The notes under the pieces: model-generated
Seen by the model: only the letters and a program-made list of their open reading frames with translations
The model's database searches: none
Told to the model about the DNA's origin: nothing
Source: Octopus bimaculoides
Taxonomy: Eukaryota
Length of the DNA stretch: 64,000 nt
Assembly: GCF_001194135.2 (NCBI RefSeq)
Contig: NC_068981.1
Coordinates: 149,474,084 to 149,538,083 of the forward strand
Direction: 5' to 3'
Translations under genes and position numbers: made by a program
Part shown: positions 41,638 through 55,130 of the stretch, one piece after another
How positions within the stretch are numbered: the stretch's first letter is position 1
How the letters are laid out: each line of letters opens with the position of its first letter

Positions 41638-43122
41638 NNNNNNNNNNNNNNNNNNNNNNNNNNNNNNNNNNNNNNNNNNNNNNNNNNNNNNNNNNNNNNN
41701 NNNNNNNNNNNNNNNNNNNNNNNNNNNNNNNNNNNNNNNNNNNNNNNNNNNNNNNNNNNNNNNNNNNNNNNNNNNNNNNNNNNNNNNNNNNNNNNNNNNN
41801 NNNNNNNNNNNNNNNNNNNNNNNNNNNNNNNNNNNNNNNNNNNNNNNNNNNNNNNNNNNNNNNNNNNNNNNNNNNNNNNNNNNNNNNNNNNNNNNNNNNN
41901 NNNNNNNNNNNNNNNNNNNNNNNNNNNNNNNNNNNNNNNNNNNNNNNNNNNNNNNNNNNNNNNNNNNNNNNNNNNNNNNNNNNNNNNNNNNNNNNNNNNN
42001 NNNNNNNNNNNNNNNNNNNNNNNNNNNNNNNNNNNNNNNNNNNNNNNNNNNNNNNNNNNNNNNNNNNNNNNNNNNNNNNNNNNNNNNNNNNNNNNNNNNN
42101 NNNNNNNNNNNNNNNNNNNNNNNNNNNNNNNNNNNNNNNNNNNNNNNNNNNNNNNNNNNNNNNNNNNATATATTTGTGTGTATAGATATATACATATTTA
42201 TACATGCATACAAATATATGTATGTAGTATATATTACATATGTATGTATGTACATACATATATACACACACATATATATAGAGACAGATAGAAAGAGAGG
42301 GATAGGGAGATATAGGTATAACTTACATATTATACTTATAATTCACAAATCACACGCATCAGATGAGAAACAACTGAACAAGTACGAGAAAAATGAAATT
42401 TTGTATTATAGGGGGAATGAGAAAGATATAATCTAAAACGACTGTAATAAAATAAATAAGATCAAAATAGAAAGAAAAACAAAAAAAAAACAAAACAAAA
42501 ACAAATAACATTAGAAATGAATATACAAAAATTTGATAGCGAAAGGCGATATATCCATTAACTAAACAAAATTAAACTGATCTATAAAAATAATTTCCAA
42601 AATCTACAAATAAAACAAAAATTAACGAAATAAACAAAGGAAAGAAAAATGTTAACTGAGGGCAGTTTAATATTATTTCCAATTATAAAATTAATAAATT
42701 TATGAGAAAAACAAGCATAATTTACGTCTATGGAAAACACAATTTTTAGGAAGGCAAAACGTAAAGAACTCGACTAACAAAATTGGATAACATATTAATT
42801 TATTTCTATTAGAGAGAATAAAGACCTTATGTATATGTATGGCAGTATGTACGTATGCACATGTACAAATATTCTATAATTCTTTAAGTGCTTTTGCTCA
42901 CTGGACAGCGGCCGTAATTAGGTACCGCTCTCAAGTGCTTGGTTGATCATATCGATTTTATATTTTCATACTTGTCACTTCTCTGTGGAAATCAGAAATG
43001 AGTTTTAAACTTTAAAATGTGTAGTGGAATTGATATGAATAAACAACAACTAAAATTTTGTGCTATAACATCGCCGCTGTCCAGTGAGAGAAACTAGAAA
43101 AAGAATAAAAGAATACCTGTAT

Positions 43123-43200
<78 letters not shown>

Positions 43201-43365
43201 ACACACACACACACACATACAAACACACACACATGACAAGCGTACAAGAAATTATGTAATGAATTGCATTGGACTGTCAGATAAATTTGTTTTCTCTTAA
43301 TTTTATTTTGAGCCTTACTTTTCATCAACAATTTGAACAAATCAGCCAATATTATATTCTTCTTC

Positions 43366-43950
43366 ATAGTCCAGTTGGTTAAATCTCTAGCACACCGGGC
43401 AAAATATTTAGCGGCATTTCGTCCGTCTTTACGTTCTGAATTGAAATTCCGACGAGGTCGACTTTGCCTTTCATTGTTCGGGGTCGATAAAATAAGTACC
43501 AGTTGGGCACTGGGTTCGATGTAATAAACTAATTCCAACCCCCGAAATTGCTGGCTTGTTGCCAAAATTTAAAACCAATATGATGAAATTCATATCCAGA
43601 ATACGATGCATGCTCATGAATGTTCAGCATAAACACACAGCCACACTCATTACAATATATAAACACTTTTGATTATCTCCAAATATTCAAAATCTTCCCT
43701 GTCGTTTATGAAGGTCAAGTCACTTATTATTATTACAACCACCAAAGACGACGAGCTGGCAGACTAGTTAGCAGGCCGGGCAAAATGCTCAGCGTCATTT
43801 CATCTGTTTTTATGTTCTGAGTTCAAATTCCACCGAGATCTACTTTGCCTTTTGTGCTTTCGGGGTGGATAAAATAAGTACCAGTTGAGCACTGGAGTCG
43901 ATGTCATCGACTAAGCTTCTCCCACGAAACTGATGGCTTTGTGCCAAAAT
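43366..43950 (+). mobile_element. Two tandem older SINE copies (43366-43578, 43750-43950)
   Basis: Each has ttagca..ccgggcaaaat...gttctga.tt.aaattc...ctttgcctt...cggggt.gataaaataagtaccagttg.gcactgg. Confidence 0.8.
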
Positions 43951-44440
43951 TTGTAAACATTATTACCACTGCTATTCGATCTCGATTTTTAGGCTTTACA
44001 TAGGGACACAGCTAATCAATTTCACTAAATAAAATATTTCCGATTATCAGATTTCAGCGTGTTTTTAGCTTTAAAAATAGTTGTATCTCCCCAAACCAAA
44101 TTTATTCTAAACATAAATACACATTCACTCTCTCCCACTCCAACACCTCCCACAACGTTCGCATTTAAATACTTAAATTCCAGCCAGGAATTCTTAAGAT
44201 ATTACTGTCATTTTGATCGTTCAACCACACACGTACGCATACACACAGGCAAACCACGCACAAAGACTCATACACGCGTACATACTTACGCACGTACACA
44301 CATGTATCTTCGTCATTATATCTTAAAGTGTACAGCTGACTTTTTGACCTGATTCCAATATGTACTTCTATTTCGTTACCTATTATTCTTTTTATCCATT
44401 CAAATTCTATTTTGGCCATTTCCTAATTTCAAACTCTGTA

Positions 44441-44486
<46 letters not shown>

Positions 44487-46662
44487 CACCGACACACACG
44501 TGCACACACACATGCGAAGAAACACACATACGCACACACATACACACACACACACACACAAGCAATGAAACACACATATGCAAAAACGCACAAATAGACG
44601 CACACACGAACACTCTGAGTGCGCCTTTAAGAATTTATTTCAAACTTGACTTCTAAAGCAAATTAAACTCTGCTTCCAATCAGCTATCTCATCAATAAAC
44701 CCACTAAGACACGCATACACATACACACGCGCGCACGCGCAACCAAATCTTGAGTACATGCACTCTCATACGTAAATAAAAACATACACAGCCTAATAAC
44801 ACAGTTAAATACTAAAACTTTCCATGCTAAATATAAACGCCATATAAATCAAACAAAACGCAAGTCAGCTAAGAATAAACACACAACCGATTTAGAAACG
44901 CACACTCTTATAAATACTTGTGTTAACGTAGACATCTAAGCTTCTGCATATAGTATTTGTAAGGTGTCCAACAGAAAGTATTGTTTTTCTGTTAACAATT
45001 GATCCATGTAACACATCACTGTTTCTGAGATTTTGACCTCCTATTAAACTATTATGGCGCCAAAGTGTATTCAGCCATATAACTTCTGTACGTGGCAAAT
45101 TTGTTAATTAGAGATCGGCTTGTAAATCCTATCTTTGACACACATCCTTTATTGAAACTGTCTTGTTTTTTCTCGGCTGAGTTCTAATTTTTCCATTCCG
45201 TTTGTCAATTTTATTTTCTAGAACACAGCATTTGTTGAATGTGTCATCTCCTAAGCATTCACAAATGTAATGGCATTCATTAGAAATTGAAAATGGATTG
45301 GTGATACAACATACATAGGAAGCTTGTCTCTCTTTTAAATCACTCACCGGCTAAATCTTTAGAAAATCAAGATGCAATAGTGTCATGTAGAATTTCATTA
45401 AAAAAAACAAACAAAAAAAAAAACACAAAAACATAAGCATTCAAGGGCGAAGTTTTAAAAGATTTTGAATTATAGCCGACTGTCGCAAATATGGTAAATT
45501 AAAGAATCTGTAGAGAATAGAAAACTAATTTATAACTATTTCAATAATTTTTTAACTTCTGACTGACTGTATGGAATTTGAGATCCCGCTACATTGCTTA
45601 ATGGATTTTTATATTCGTTCGAGGTCTAAGAAAATCTAAAATGACAATGCTGGACGAAATTATAGTCATTCTAGTATTTATTCCCGTCCCTTTATACTTT
45701 TTTTTTTTAATTCTTTAAACAGTTTGACTTCCTTTCGTTTTCCATTCATATTAAGCAGCCATATTCTGAAGTAAATTCAACCGACTCCTAGCAAATTTAT
45801 GGTCCTGTGAACTCTAAATATAAAAAAAAACTCATCAGTTACACAGTTTGTATATTGCAAATAGCTTAAAGTAAAATTTTCAGTTGGTACCGGTTTAAGA
45901 TGGTCTTGATCAGCCGTAGTTGTAGTGCGTACTGCTCAGTAATATTAAAAGCCGCGCAGCTCTCGATGAGTAGTCATACACTCTATCCATTAATTTTGCG
46001 GCTGTCTAATAATAATGGGAAATCATTGTTTAAATAACTTCTGGGTCTAATGTCAGTGATGGATAGGACAAAATGACTGATTGAAAGATGAGAAAATAAA
46101 AATATTGCTTCTTTGTAGTCATTGTAATTTGTGCAGCCAATGAGACCGCCTATATATAGCCACTCGACCTGCTGGAAATAACTAATTTTCCCTCAGATTA
46201 TGCTCTGTTGTCTTATAAAAGGAAGGACGAGTTGCGTGGCTCTGTATGTACGTGAACAAAATAATAAAAAAACAGGATGGTCATGACAGAAACCCTTTTC
46301 ATGTGGAGTTACTCGATCAGGGACAATTTGAGGTAAAACAGCAACTTAGCCACGTTTCAGTTTATTTTTAGTTTGGAAGCTCTGCACCTTATACAATGTT
46401 TATCTTGTGCTTGAGAACACAATTAGATAATGGGAAGGTAGTTCATCTCGATTCTTGACTAGATTTTTGAAGATTCACAAACATCATGGAAATAATTTGA
46501 GAAATGCAAAATGTTTGTAAAACATTTTTTGCTGTTATTATTGCTGAAATACTCGACAGTTTATGTGTTGATGTCGGTGTTGAACGCGCTGATAACATTC
46601 ATATATCTAATCCATCACCAAAAGTGTTCTAGCCATGGCCATATCACCTCCTCCTTTATTTA

Positions 46663-46915
46663 CGAGGGGGTAGTGAATAGTTCCTGGATTTGGGTAAAAA
46701 AAAGTACAAGAGGATCAGCTAGTTATGATTTTAATTAAACATATTCCCTTCTCAGATTCACACACTTATTGCAGCATTCCTTCAGCTTTTCTAAGCCCTG
46801 TAAAAGAAATCGTAAACGTTGGGTCTTCAACCAGGCCTTTTGCGACAGCCTTAAAGCTAGGAACTTTTCAGAATTCCTTTGTATTGTCCGACGTGTCTTC
46901 TCCTTTCGTTAAATA
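46663..46915 (-). mobile_element. Mariner 3' fragment
   Basis: TA|CGAGGGGGTAGTGAATAGTTCC terminus; minus strand gives ..WLKTQRLRFLLQGLEKLKECCNKCVNLRREYV*, a typical mariner C-terminus. Confidence 0.7.
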
Positions 46916-47337
46916 GATAAGATGAGATTTGATATTTGGCTTCTATTTTTAGGATTGAGACTTCCACGTATGTGAAATGGCAGCATATTTATTTTCCAAA
47001 TGTTTCTGCATTTATACAAAATCTAAAATGAAGCGGTATATGTTTTTTTTTTTGCTTATGGAAAACAATAGTAGACTTTTGAACTATTGACTTTCTAAGA
47101 CTTCACAAAACATAGGTAGCATTATCATCATTCTCAATACGCTATTTTAGTTTAAATCCCTTTGATTTTAATTAATTCAATATATTCGAAATGATTTTAT
47201 GAGATATACTTGCAATTCAATTTATCAAAGCAATTCAATATATCAAAACTGTAATATATCAAGTTAGTTACAGAAACATTGTGGAAAAGAAACACACAGT
47301 ATTTGACCCGTCTCCATGACTAGTTAGTAATTTGTTT

Positions 47338-47426
47338 CTTCCTTCCTTCCTTCCTTCCTTCCTTCCTTCCTTCCTTCCTTCCTTCCTTCCTTCCTTCCTT
47401 CCTTCCTTCCTTCCTTCCTTCCTTCC
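47338..47426. repeat. (TTCC)n microsatellite
   Basis: Read directly from the sequence. Confidence 0.95.
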
Positions 47427-49396
47427 TCATACACATAAAGCTCATGTGACACATACTTCGTGTCATTAAAAAAGACCAATTCTTTATTGTTTTTAATATT
47501 GATTTACAACTTTATTTGACTTTTAGTGCGGTGCAGAGCAATTCTCAGTAAATAGGCTGAAGGTCGCCATTTTGAAAGTTCGAAATTAAATATCACATTA
47601 TTAATAGTCCATATTCAAGTAATATCTATTTTAAAACGACTATTTTTTCTTCCTTATTTTTCATTTCACATTTGTTTTGAAAGATAATGTGCATTCTCCC
47701 GTACCAAGAGTTGAGGTCAGGTCGTTTATTCACTCAGTCATTAATACGTTACATCTTCTTTACAATGTAAAATTTTAAACACGTCATATTTGTTATTTTG
47801 AAAAGTTAATGATATTTTTATGTATGTTGATTTACGGAATCATGATAAATTTCGCAAAAATCATAGATATTTCGGCGACATATTTATAGAAAAAATAAGA
47901 AATTCTACTTTTAGTGTGATAAATCACAAGATTGGATATTGTTTAGTTGAGGCTGTAGCTTTCCTTAACTGGATATTTCATTCCATCTGTTTGTACCAAG
48001 CAAACAAATTTTTTTAATGTCGACAAAATATTTAAAATTGGAATTTGAATAAGCGAGACGGTTTGAAAATTTTTATTTTCTGTTCTCTTTGACTAAGACG
48101 CATCGGTATATTTTACAAAATAACTAATTGGAAGAAATATAGAAATGAAAATTTGATGATATACAGGAAAAAAATTGATGCCTTTTGAAGACACTCTTTT
48201 TGTTTCATTGAGTAGCATGAAAACAATTCAAATTCAAATTAAAATTGGCAGAAAAAGTGAAATGATATAAAATATGTAGAAAGTATGTGTTGTAGTTAAA
48301 CTCAGGGAAAAAATCGTAATAAGAGCGAGTTTTCTTGTATGTAATTTCTATATAACGGGGGAACAGTTAAAGTCGGAAATGAAAGTGTGTAGCATCACTC
48401 CACCACTTATATTTCAAGTTTCCAAAAAGCAAGTTTACAGCTAGACACAACCGGTTAATGCCAAGGTGTCAAAATGTATTGAATTATTGATCCCCAATGC
48501 CCAGCGTCTATAAACACATACTAGCTTAGTTGATGTGTTTTTTAAGATCACAGAAGCTTTCAAAAAGTTAAATCTCTAGACATTAGAAACACGGGAGCAC
48601 TTATATATTCTGAATTGTCTGACAAATACACAGAAAGCAGTAAGAGTATACTAAAGAAGTATGTCCAAATACATACTATTTTCCTTCTTATCAATACATT
48701 TCTCTTTAATTTTTCTCTTTCCATTCTTAACCCTCTTACATTTGTGCCTATTTTGTATTCTATGAAGCATTCAAATCAAATAAATTATAGCAATTAGAGT
48801 GGCATATCATAATAACACTTTTGTATCGATAAATAAAATATGTATGTGTTCCAGTTTTAATATGCACAAATTCGATCTTAACTGTAGAAATAAATGATGA
48901 GAAAAGTAACCATTTCAAAATTTTTCACTTTCGATTGTCAAACAAGCAGAAGCGAGTTTCATTAGGTGTAGGACGTAACCATCTATCATTTAATAAAATT
49001 GAGCCACAGGGAAATGGAAAATGCATCAAATAACTTCTTCATGTTGATCTCAATTACAAAAAACGCATTAAGTAGGGTGATAAACAAAGTCAACGGTGGG
49101 GAAGTATGAACACAGAACAATCAACATCAATAGAATTAGCAGAACCGTTTGAATCTCGGACAAGCATCTTTCAGCATTTAGTTATGAACCTTTATATTCT
49201 GAGTTCAAATTTCATTGAAAGTAACTATGCCTTTTATGCTTCCGTGGTCGATAAAATGAAAATATCATTCAGGTAATGGAGTCAATTTAATCAACTATGG
49301 GCTCACAATTAAATGGCCTTCTTCGGAGAGGTGGTGTGTTGCAAAAACTAGAATATTTGACTAAATATCTTTCAATAATTATTTTCATTCTTTTTG

Positions 49397-49963
49397 AGGC
49401 AGTGAGTTGGCAGAATCATTAGCACACCAAGCAACATGCTTTGCCCAGTGGTTAGGGCAGGGGACTCGCGGTCATAAGATCGCGGTTTCGATTCTCAGAC
49501 CTGGCGTTGTGAGTGTTTATTGAGCGGAAACACCTAAAACTCCACGAGGCTCCGGCAGGGGATGGTGGTGAACCCTACTGTACTCCTTCACCACAACTTT
49601 CTCTCACTCTTACTTCCTGTTTCTGTTGTGACTGTAATTCAAAGGGCCAGCCTTGTCACACTGTGTCACGCTGAATATCCTCGAGAACTAAATTAAAGGT
49701 ACACGTGTCTGTGGAGGGCTCAGCTACTTGCACGTTAATTTCACGAGTAGGCTGTTCCGTTGATCGGATCAACTGGAACCCTCGATGTCGTAAGCGACAG
49801 AGTGCCAACAACAACAACGTTCTGAGTTCTAATTACGTGGAAGTCAACTTTGTCTTTCATCCTTTCGAGATAGATAAAATAAGTTCCAGTTGGGCACCGA
49901 GCTCGATCTAATCGACTTACTTATCTCCTGAAACTGCTAGCCTTATGCCCAAATTTGAAACCA
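49397..49963 (+). mobile_element. Older SINE split by a nested tRNA(Arg)-like SINE (49443-49818)
   Basis: The host head (gaggcagtgagttggcagaatcattagc) stops at ~49442 and resumes as gttctgagttc at ~49819; the insert ends in (caa)n. Confidence 0.8.
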
Positions 49964-50159
49964 GTATCTATTTACATTCTCACAAATTTTGAGTTCAAAT
50001 TTAAGTTGTGTGCGCTCAAAAGAGTCAATATTTCCAATTACCTGTAACAGATTTTTGGCTTTGAAACTGGTTCAAAAATGATTTTAATTTGCTGCAGGTG
50101 TAACAGTAGTTATTTCGAGAATAACTTTTTTTTGTGAATTGATTTTATCGGAGCCAAAA

Positions 50160-50400
50160 ACCTTTATAGACTGAGACTGATAGGAGAGGGCAATATGATC
50201 CCTTGAAAAAGTTGCAAGTTGACGACTGCGGGAAAAACAAAAGATGTAAGAATTGAATATAGGGGATACTTCAGGACACAATATGGAAGATAAGTAAAAG
50301 GGGAACAAATGGATCCAGAGCACCTCCTTAATATGGCACGAACCAAGCTTACTCCGAGGATTAGAAGGTACTTTAGCCACAGACGAAGATGACACGATTT
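50160..50400 (+). mobile_element. CR1/L2-type LINE C-terminal remnant
   Basis: LKKLQ(fs)LTT..., DPEHLLNMARTKLTPRIRRYFSHR resembles the ..L.L.TL..RR.RGD...RKYFFSHRV motif. Confidence 0.4.
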
Positions 50401-51177
50401 CATTTTCTTCCTTCTTAGCAATTTCACAATGTAGGGTCATAGCCAGGCTGAGGTAGAGGAGGCAATTGCGTCTTTTGATTCTCCTTAACTGATGATAAGA
50501 GTGAGCCTAATATTCAAAATCATGGGATGTTAGAATATTTGTTTTTGTGTTATTTTGATTTTATCAACGAGTTGACAATAAATAATAATGACATTAAATA
50601 GTAAATTTAGTTTTAGCCTAATAAAATGAATGACGTTTCACAGTGGTAGTTAAAGCATGTAAATTGACTACTTATTGAATGTTCTCTGACACTTCCTGAC
50701 TCCACTTGGCTGTGGGCTATTTTTAGACATGACTGTCTGCCTGCCTGGGAATTCCTGTAATTGCTAGGTGGAGCTAGTTTTGAATGCATGTGAGATCACA
50801 CTCCTCATAGTTGAGTGAGAAAGAAAGATTTTGTATTGGTGATTGGTGTATTTACTGCAACCATTTGTTCGACATCACACTTAACAGGGTGTAGTATACT
50901 TGGAAGGATCCTCCTAGTTAACAAGCAAAAATAAGTGATTATTTCAAACGAGTACCATCTAACATGTAAGTCTTCTTAAAATTATACTGAAAAGGGATTA
51001 ATAAATTGTTTTCTGTAAAACCAGAAATGTTTTCCTCCTCTGTGGCCTTTTGTCAGCAGAACTTATCTATTACTGACCTATCCATCGCCTGTCTGTCCAT
51101 CAACTTTTTCTACAAATGATTTCTCTCAAACTGCTGGCTCAAATGGGGCCAGATTTTAATGATAGTACTCGGGTTGG

Positions 51178-51348
51178 CTTTACGGCATTTTATCCGTCTT
51201 TACGTTCTGAGTTCAAATTTCGCCGAGGTCATCTTTGCCTTTCATCCTTTCAGGGTCGATAAATTAAGTACAATTTGAGCACCGGGGTGGATGTAATCGA
51301 CGTTTCCCCTTCCCCAAAATTGCTGGCTTGTGCCAAAATTTGAAAGCA
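51178..51348 (+). mobile_element. SINE fragment
   Basis: ttacgttctgagttcaaatttcgccgaggtcatctttgcctttcatcctttcagggtcgataaattaagtac. Confidence 0.8.
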
Positions 51349-52273
51349 ATATTCTGAGTGATTACTTTCATCGTGTAGATGCACATTGTGGTCAAATACA
51401 GTCTTCTAAATGAAATGAGAGAGTCTACTCCAGAGTAGACTCTCTCATTTCATTTAGATTGATAAAGATAATCTTGTTTTCTGAATCGTAATCTCTGAGA
51501 ATTAACAATGCCTGTTAGCAAATATAAACGACTAATAACAAGAAAATAATGAATTCCAGTTTAACAATAGAGGTCTGAGTCGGTAAAGATAAATTAAGGC
51601 AGGCTACATAAATTTAAAAAAATAGAAATCAGAACTACAGGACGCAAATATCATTGTTTTCGAAAGATTCGGAATCCAATAGAGGTGGGAATGCGTATAT
51701 ATGAAGACAAAAAGGGTGAGGGAAGAAAGAAAAGAAATTTTAAATAAAACGGGCAAATTTAGTGATAGAATTTATTTTCCCTTTCGACCAAATAGTACAA
51801 CCCTGATGAAAATGAAACAAAACAATATTTTGATGTATATAAAATGAAGACTTATGTCACTATAAACAGAACATTCGTTTCGTTAATTATAAATTTTTAA
51901 TAAAAATAAGTTTGCCATTTTGGTTGCGAATAATGTTATATGAATATTTAAATAGCTTCCTTGTTTCACAGCTGCACACTAGTAGCACAGCTATTTCTAC
52001 AATGTCTCCATGGAAGACCAATGTACAAACACAGACACAAACATGAGTGAGAACATAAGTATGTGTGTGTGTGTACTGAAATTTTGTTTATAACACAAGA
52101 AACAGTTATAATGGAAATATTTCTCTAATGCAAAGGAATTAGCAAAAGAGCTCAACGTAATTGAAAAGAAATCAGATTTAGACCCATGGTATAAGGATTT
52201 ATATATTAGGAAAGCTATCAGAAAGCGACATTTGAAAATGAAATGAGTTGTGTATATAAATAAATGCAATATG

Positions 52274-52315
<42 letters not shown>

Positions 52316-52320
52316 GTATA

Positions 52321-52673
52321 GGTGTAGTTGTGTGTGGTGAGAAGCTTGCTTCGCACCAACATGGTTCCGGCTTCATTCCCACTACATGGCACCTTGGACG
52401 AGTGTCTTCTACTATAGCCTCGGGCCGAGCAAAGCCTTGTGAGTGGATTTGGTATATATATATTTGTGTGTCTGTATTTGTCACCGCACCATCGCTTGAC
52501 AAACAACGTTGGTGTGTTTACGTCCCCGTAACCTAACGGTTCGGCAAAAAGAGACCGATAAAATAAGCGCCAAGGCTTTCAAAGAATAAGTGTTGGCGTC
52601 GATTTGTTCGACTAATGGTGATGCTCCAGCATGGTTGCAGTCAAATGACAGAAACAATTAAACGAATAAATGA
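52321..52673 (+). mobile_element. Near full-length tRNA-derived SINE
   Basis: A/B-box head (tgtgtggtgagaagcttgc...ggttccggcttcattccc), central ggcaccttggacgagtgtcttctactatagcc, microsatellite, and the shared tail. Confidence 0.85.
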
Positions 52674-53145
52674 ACATTCAAGTTGCTATAGATATCCATA
52701 TAATAGACAAACACGATGGAAATGTACTGTTATGAAACTAAAGCTTAAAACAACTTGTTTCATTTACAATATCAAGATCCTATCAAGAAAGGCAAGAAAT
52801 GAAATAAGAATAAACGAATAAAAGAATTAGAAAGAGAAAAGCACAGGAATGTATTTAAAGGAATTTAATGTTTACTTTCCTTCAATGTATTTGACTCCGT
52901 CATTACAAGAAAGATTAGTGCTCCAATATCAAAGAGAAGCTGCAAAACGCTGATATGTTTGTTTACGTTGAACACTGAAATTTAAACCAATAAAAAAATT
53001 TTTCTTTTATTTTAACCATCAATGAAAGGTTGTTGCATAATGTGGCTTTCGTGTTTTAACCTTCAACTCTGCGTAGGAATGTGCTAAATGCTTAGTTTTT
53101 AAGACGTTATAACAAACTTGTCTGTTATGAATGCGTCTGAAAATA

Positions 53146-53520
53146 GCAGATGTATATGTGGTAAGAAATTTGTTTCCCAACCATATGATTCCGGGTCTAG
53201 TCCTACTCACTACGTGGAAACCTTCGACAGCTGGTTTCTTCTATGACCTTCGGCCGAACAAAGCCTCGTGAGTAGATTTGAAAGACGGAAACTGAAAGAA
53301 GTCTGTCATATAAATATCTGTATGTATGTGTGTGCATGTGTCTTTGTGTCGGTGTTTTCCTCCACCATAACTTAACAAAAGCGGTTGAGTAAAAGAAGCC
53401 GACAAAATAAGTATCAGATAAAAAAAAAATGCTTGTACTGGCGTCCATTCGCTCGACTAAAATTCTTCAAGGCGGTGTCCCGGTGTGGTCACAGTCTAAT
53501 ATGACTGAAATGAATAAAAG
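53146..53520 (+). mobile_element. SINE, same family as 52321-52673
   Basis: Collinear diverged copy. Confidence 0.75.
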
Positions 53521-53870
53521 ATACACACACGCACCCGCACGCACACACACACACATACACACATACACATACACACACACGTATGGAGATAGATAGATAG
53601 TTAGATAGCTAGATAGCTAGATAGATAGATAGATAGATAGGTAGATAGATAGGTAGGTAGATAGACAGGTAGATAGATGGATAGAGAATAACAGCAAAGA
53701 GTTATTATTACTATCTGTTTCTGCTCTAAATTTCCTAATTTTTCACTTGTTACCCGATAAAATTCGCGAAACTCGGAACAACAACGCAAAGCAATCCGAG
53801 TACGATGACGATTAATGACTCTAGGCTTCAGTACTGGGTATTTTGTTTACAACATCAACTATGTATCTAA

Positions 53871-53920
<50 letters not shown>

Positions 53921-54009
53921 TACTGCGAATGGTTTTGTGCATCTATCCCCACCATCGCTTGACAACCGATGCTGGCGTGTTTACGTCGCCGTAACCTAGC
54001 GGTTTGGTG

Positions 54010-54102
54010 GACGGCAAAAGCTTATTTTTGTCTGTCGAGGGATTATAGTGTCAATTTTACATTTCTGTAAATAATAATAATAATATAATGATGATGATGA
54101 TG

Positions 54103-54183
<81 letters not shown>

Positions 54184-54860
54184 GTATTTTATAAGCTTAA
54201 AGTATATAGCGATCACCATGCAATGACTAAAGAAAATAGTCTGTATTTTCTTTAGTCGTTGCGCGGTGATCGCTATAAGCTTTAAACTTATAAAATACTA
54301 TTCTCATTATTTACAGAATTGTAACAATTGACACAGCTTAACAAAAGTAAAAGAACATCAAAGTTTGTTTACAAAAACAGCTACGAATTAATTATAGATC
54401 ACAAATCTGACAGATAAAAGCAGGTAGGTTCACTGGTGTAATCGGTAGCATACCTCGTTGCGTAAACAAAGAAGTGTGGGTTCGGATCGTATGGGAAAGC
54501 ATTTCTTTCTGTCGAGGGTGGGAGTGGGGAGTTATACGCCCTGTTATCAGACTATTTTCTTTAGTCATCGCCCGGTGATCGCCAAAAGCTTTAAGCTTAT
54601 AACATTCTATTATTATTATTTATAAAATTTAAAAAATTGACACTGCTTAACAAAACCATTCGCAAGAAAAGCACATCTGACAAAAAAAAAACAAAACAAG
54701 CAGTTAGATTCGCTGGTGTAATCAGTAGCATACTTCGACGTGTGACCAAAGAGGTGTGGGTCGAGTCCCACGCGCACGGCAAAAACCTACATTTTATTCT
54801 GTCGAGGGCTTATATGCGCCATTATTAGACTATTCTCTTTAATCAATAACTAAAGAAAAT
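54010..54860 (+). repeat. Tandem ~280-290 bp unit with tRNA-like cassettes plus an inverted segment
   Basis: ctgtcgaggg recurs at 54032, 54509 and 54799; tRNA-like cassettes at 54427-54499 and 54707-54781; 54048-54238 is the inverted copy of 54244-54334 with an expanded AAT array. Confidence 0.8.
54707..54781 (+). pseudogene. tRNA-like pseudogene (isotype uncertain)
   Basis: A-box/D-arm TGGTGTAATCAGTAGCAT, T-arm GTGGG-TCGAGT-CCCAC, downstream TTTT; the acceptor and anticodon stems have mismatches. Confidence 0.6.
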
Positions 54861-55130
54861 ATGTATATATAAATATGTATGTAGTCCGAGTCTGGACATA
54901 GGGAAATTTTTATATAACGTACTAGTATCGGAGCAGCTACATGTGGTATTGGATAACACTGAAATATATACATAGTGGTCTTCAGTATTCTTTTATTCTT
55001 TTTTCTCTGAATTGCTTTAGTCATTTGACTGCGGCCATGCTGGAGCACCACCTTTAGTCGAACAAATGGACCTCAGGACTTATTCTTTGTAAGCCTGGTA
55101 CTTATTCTGCCAGGCTCTTTTGCCGAACCG

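Noticed and set aside
47565-47574. YY1-like CGCCATTTTG as a promoter mark for a minus-strand gene
   Set aside because: It is a short motif that also occurs near 38990; the ATG opens only 15 codons and there is no clear donor.
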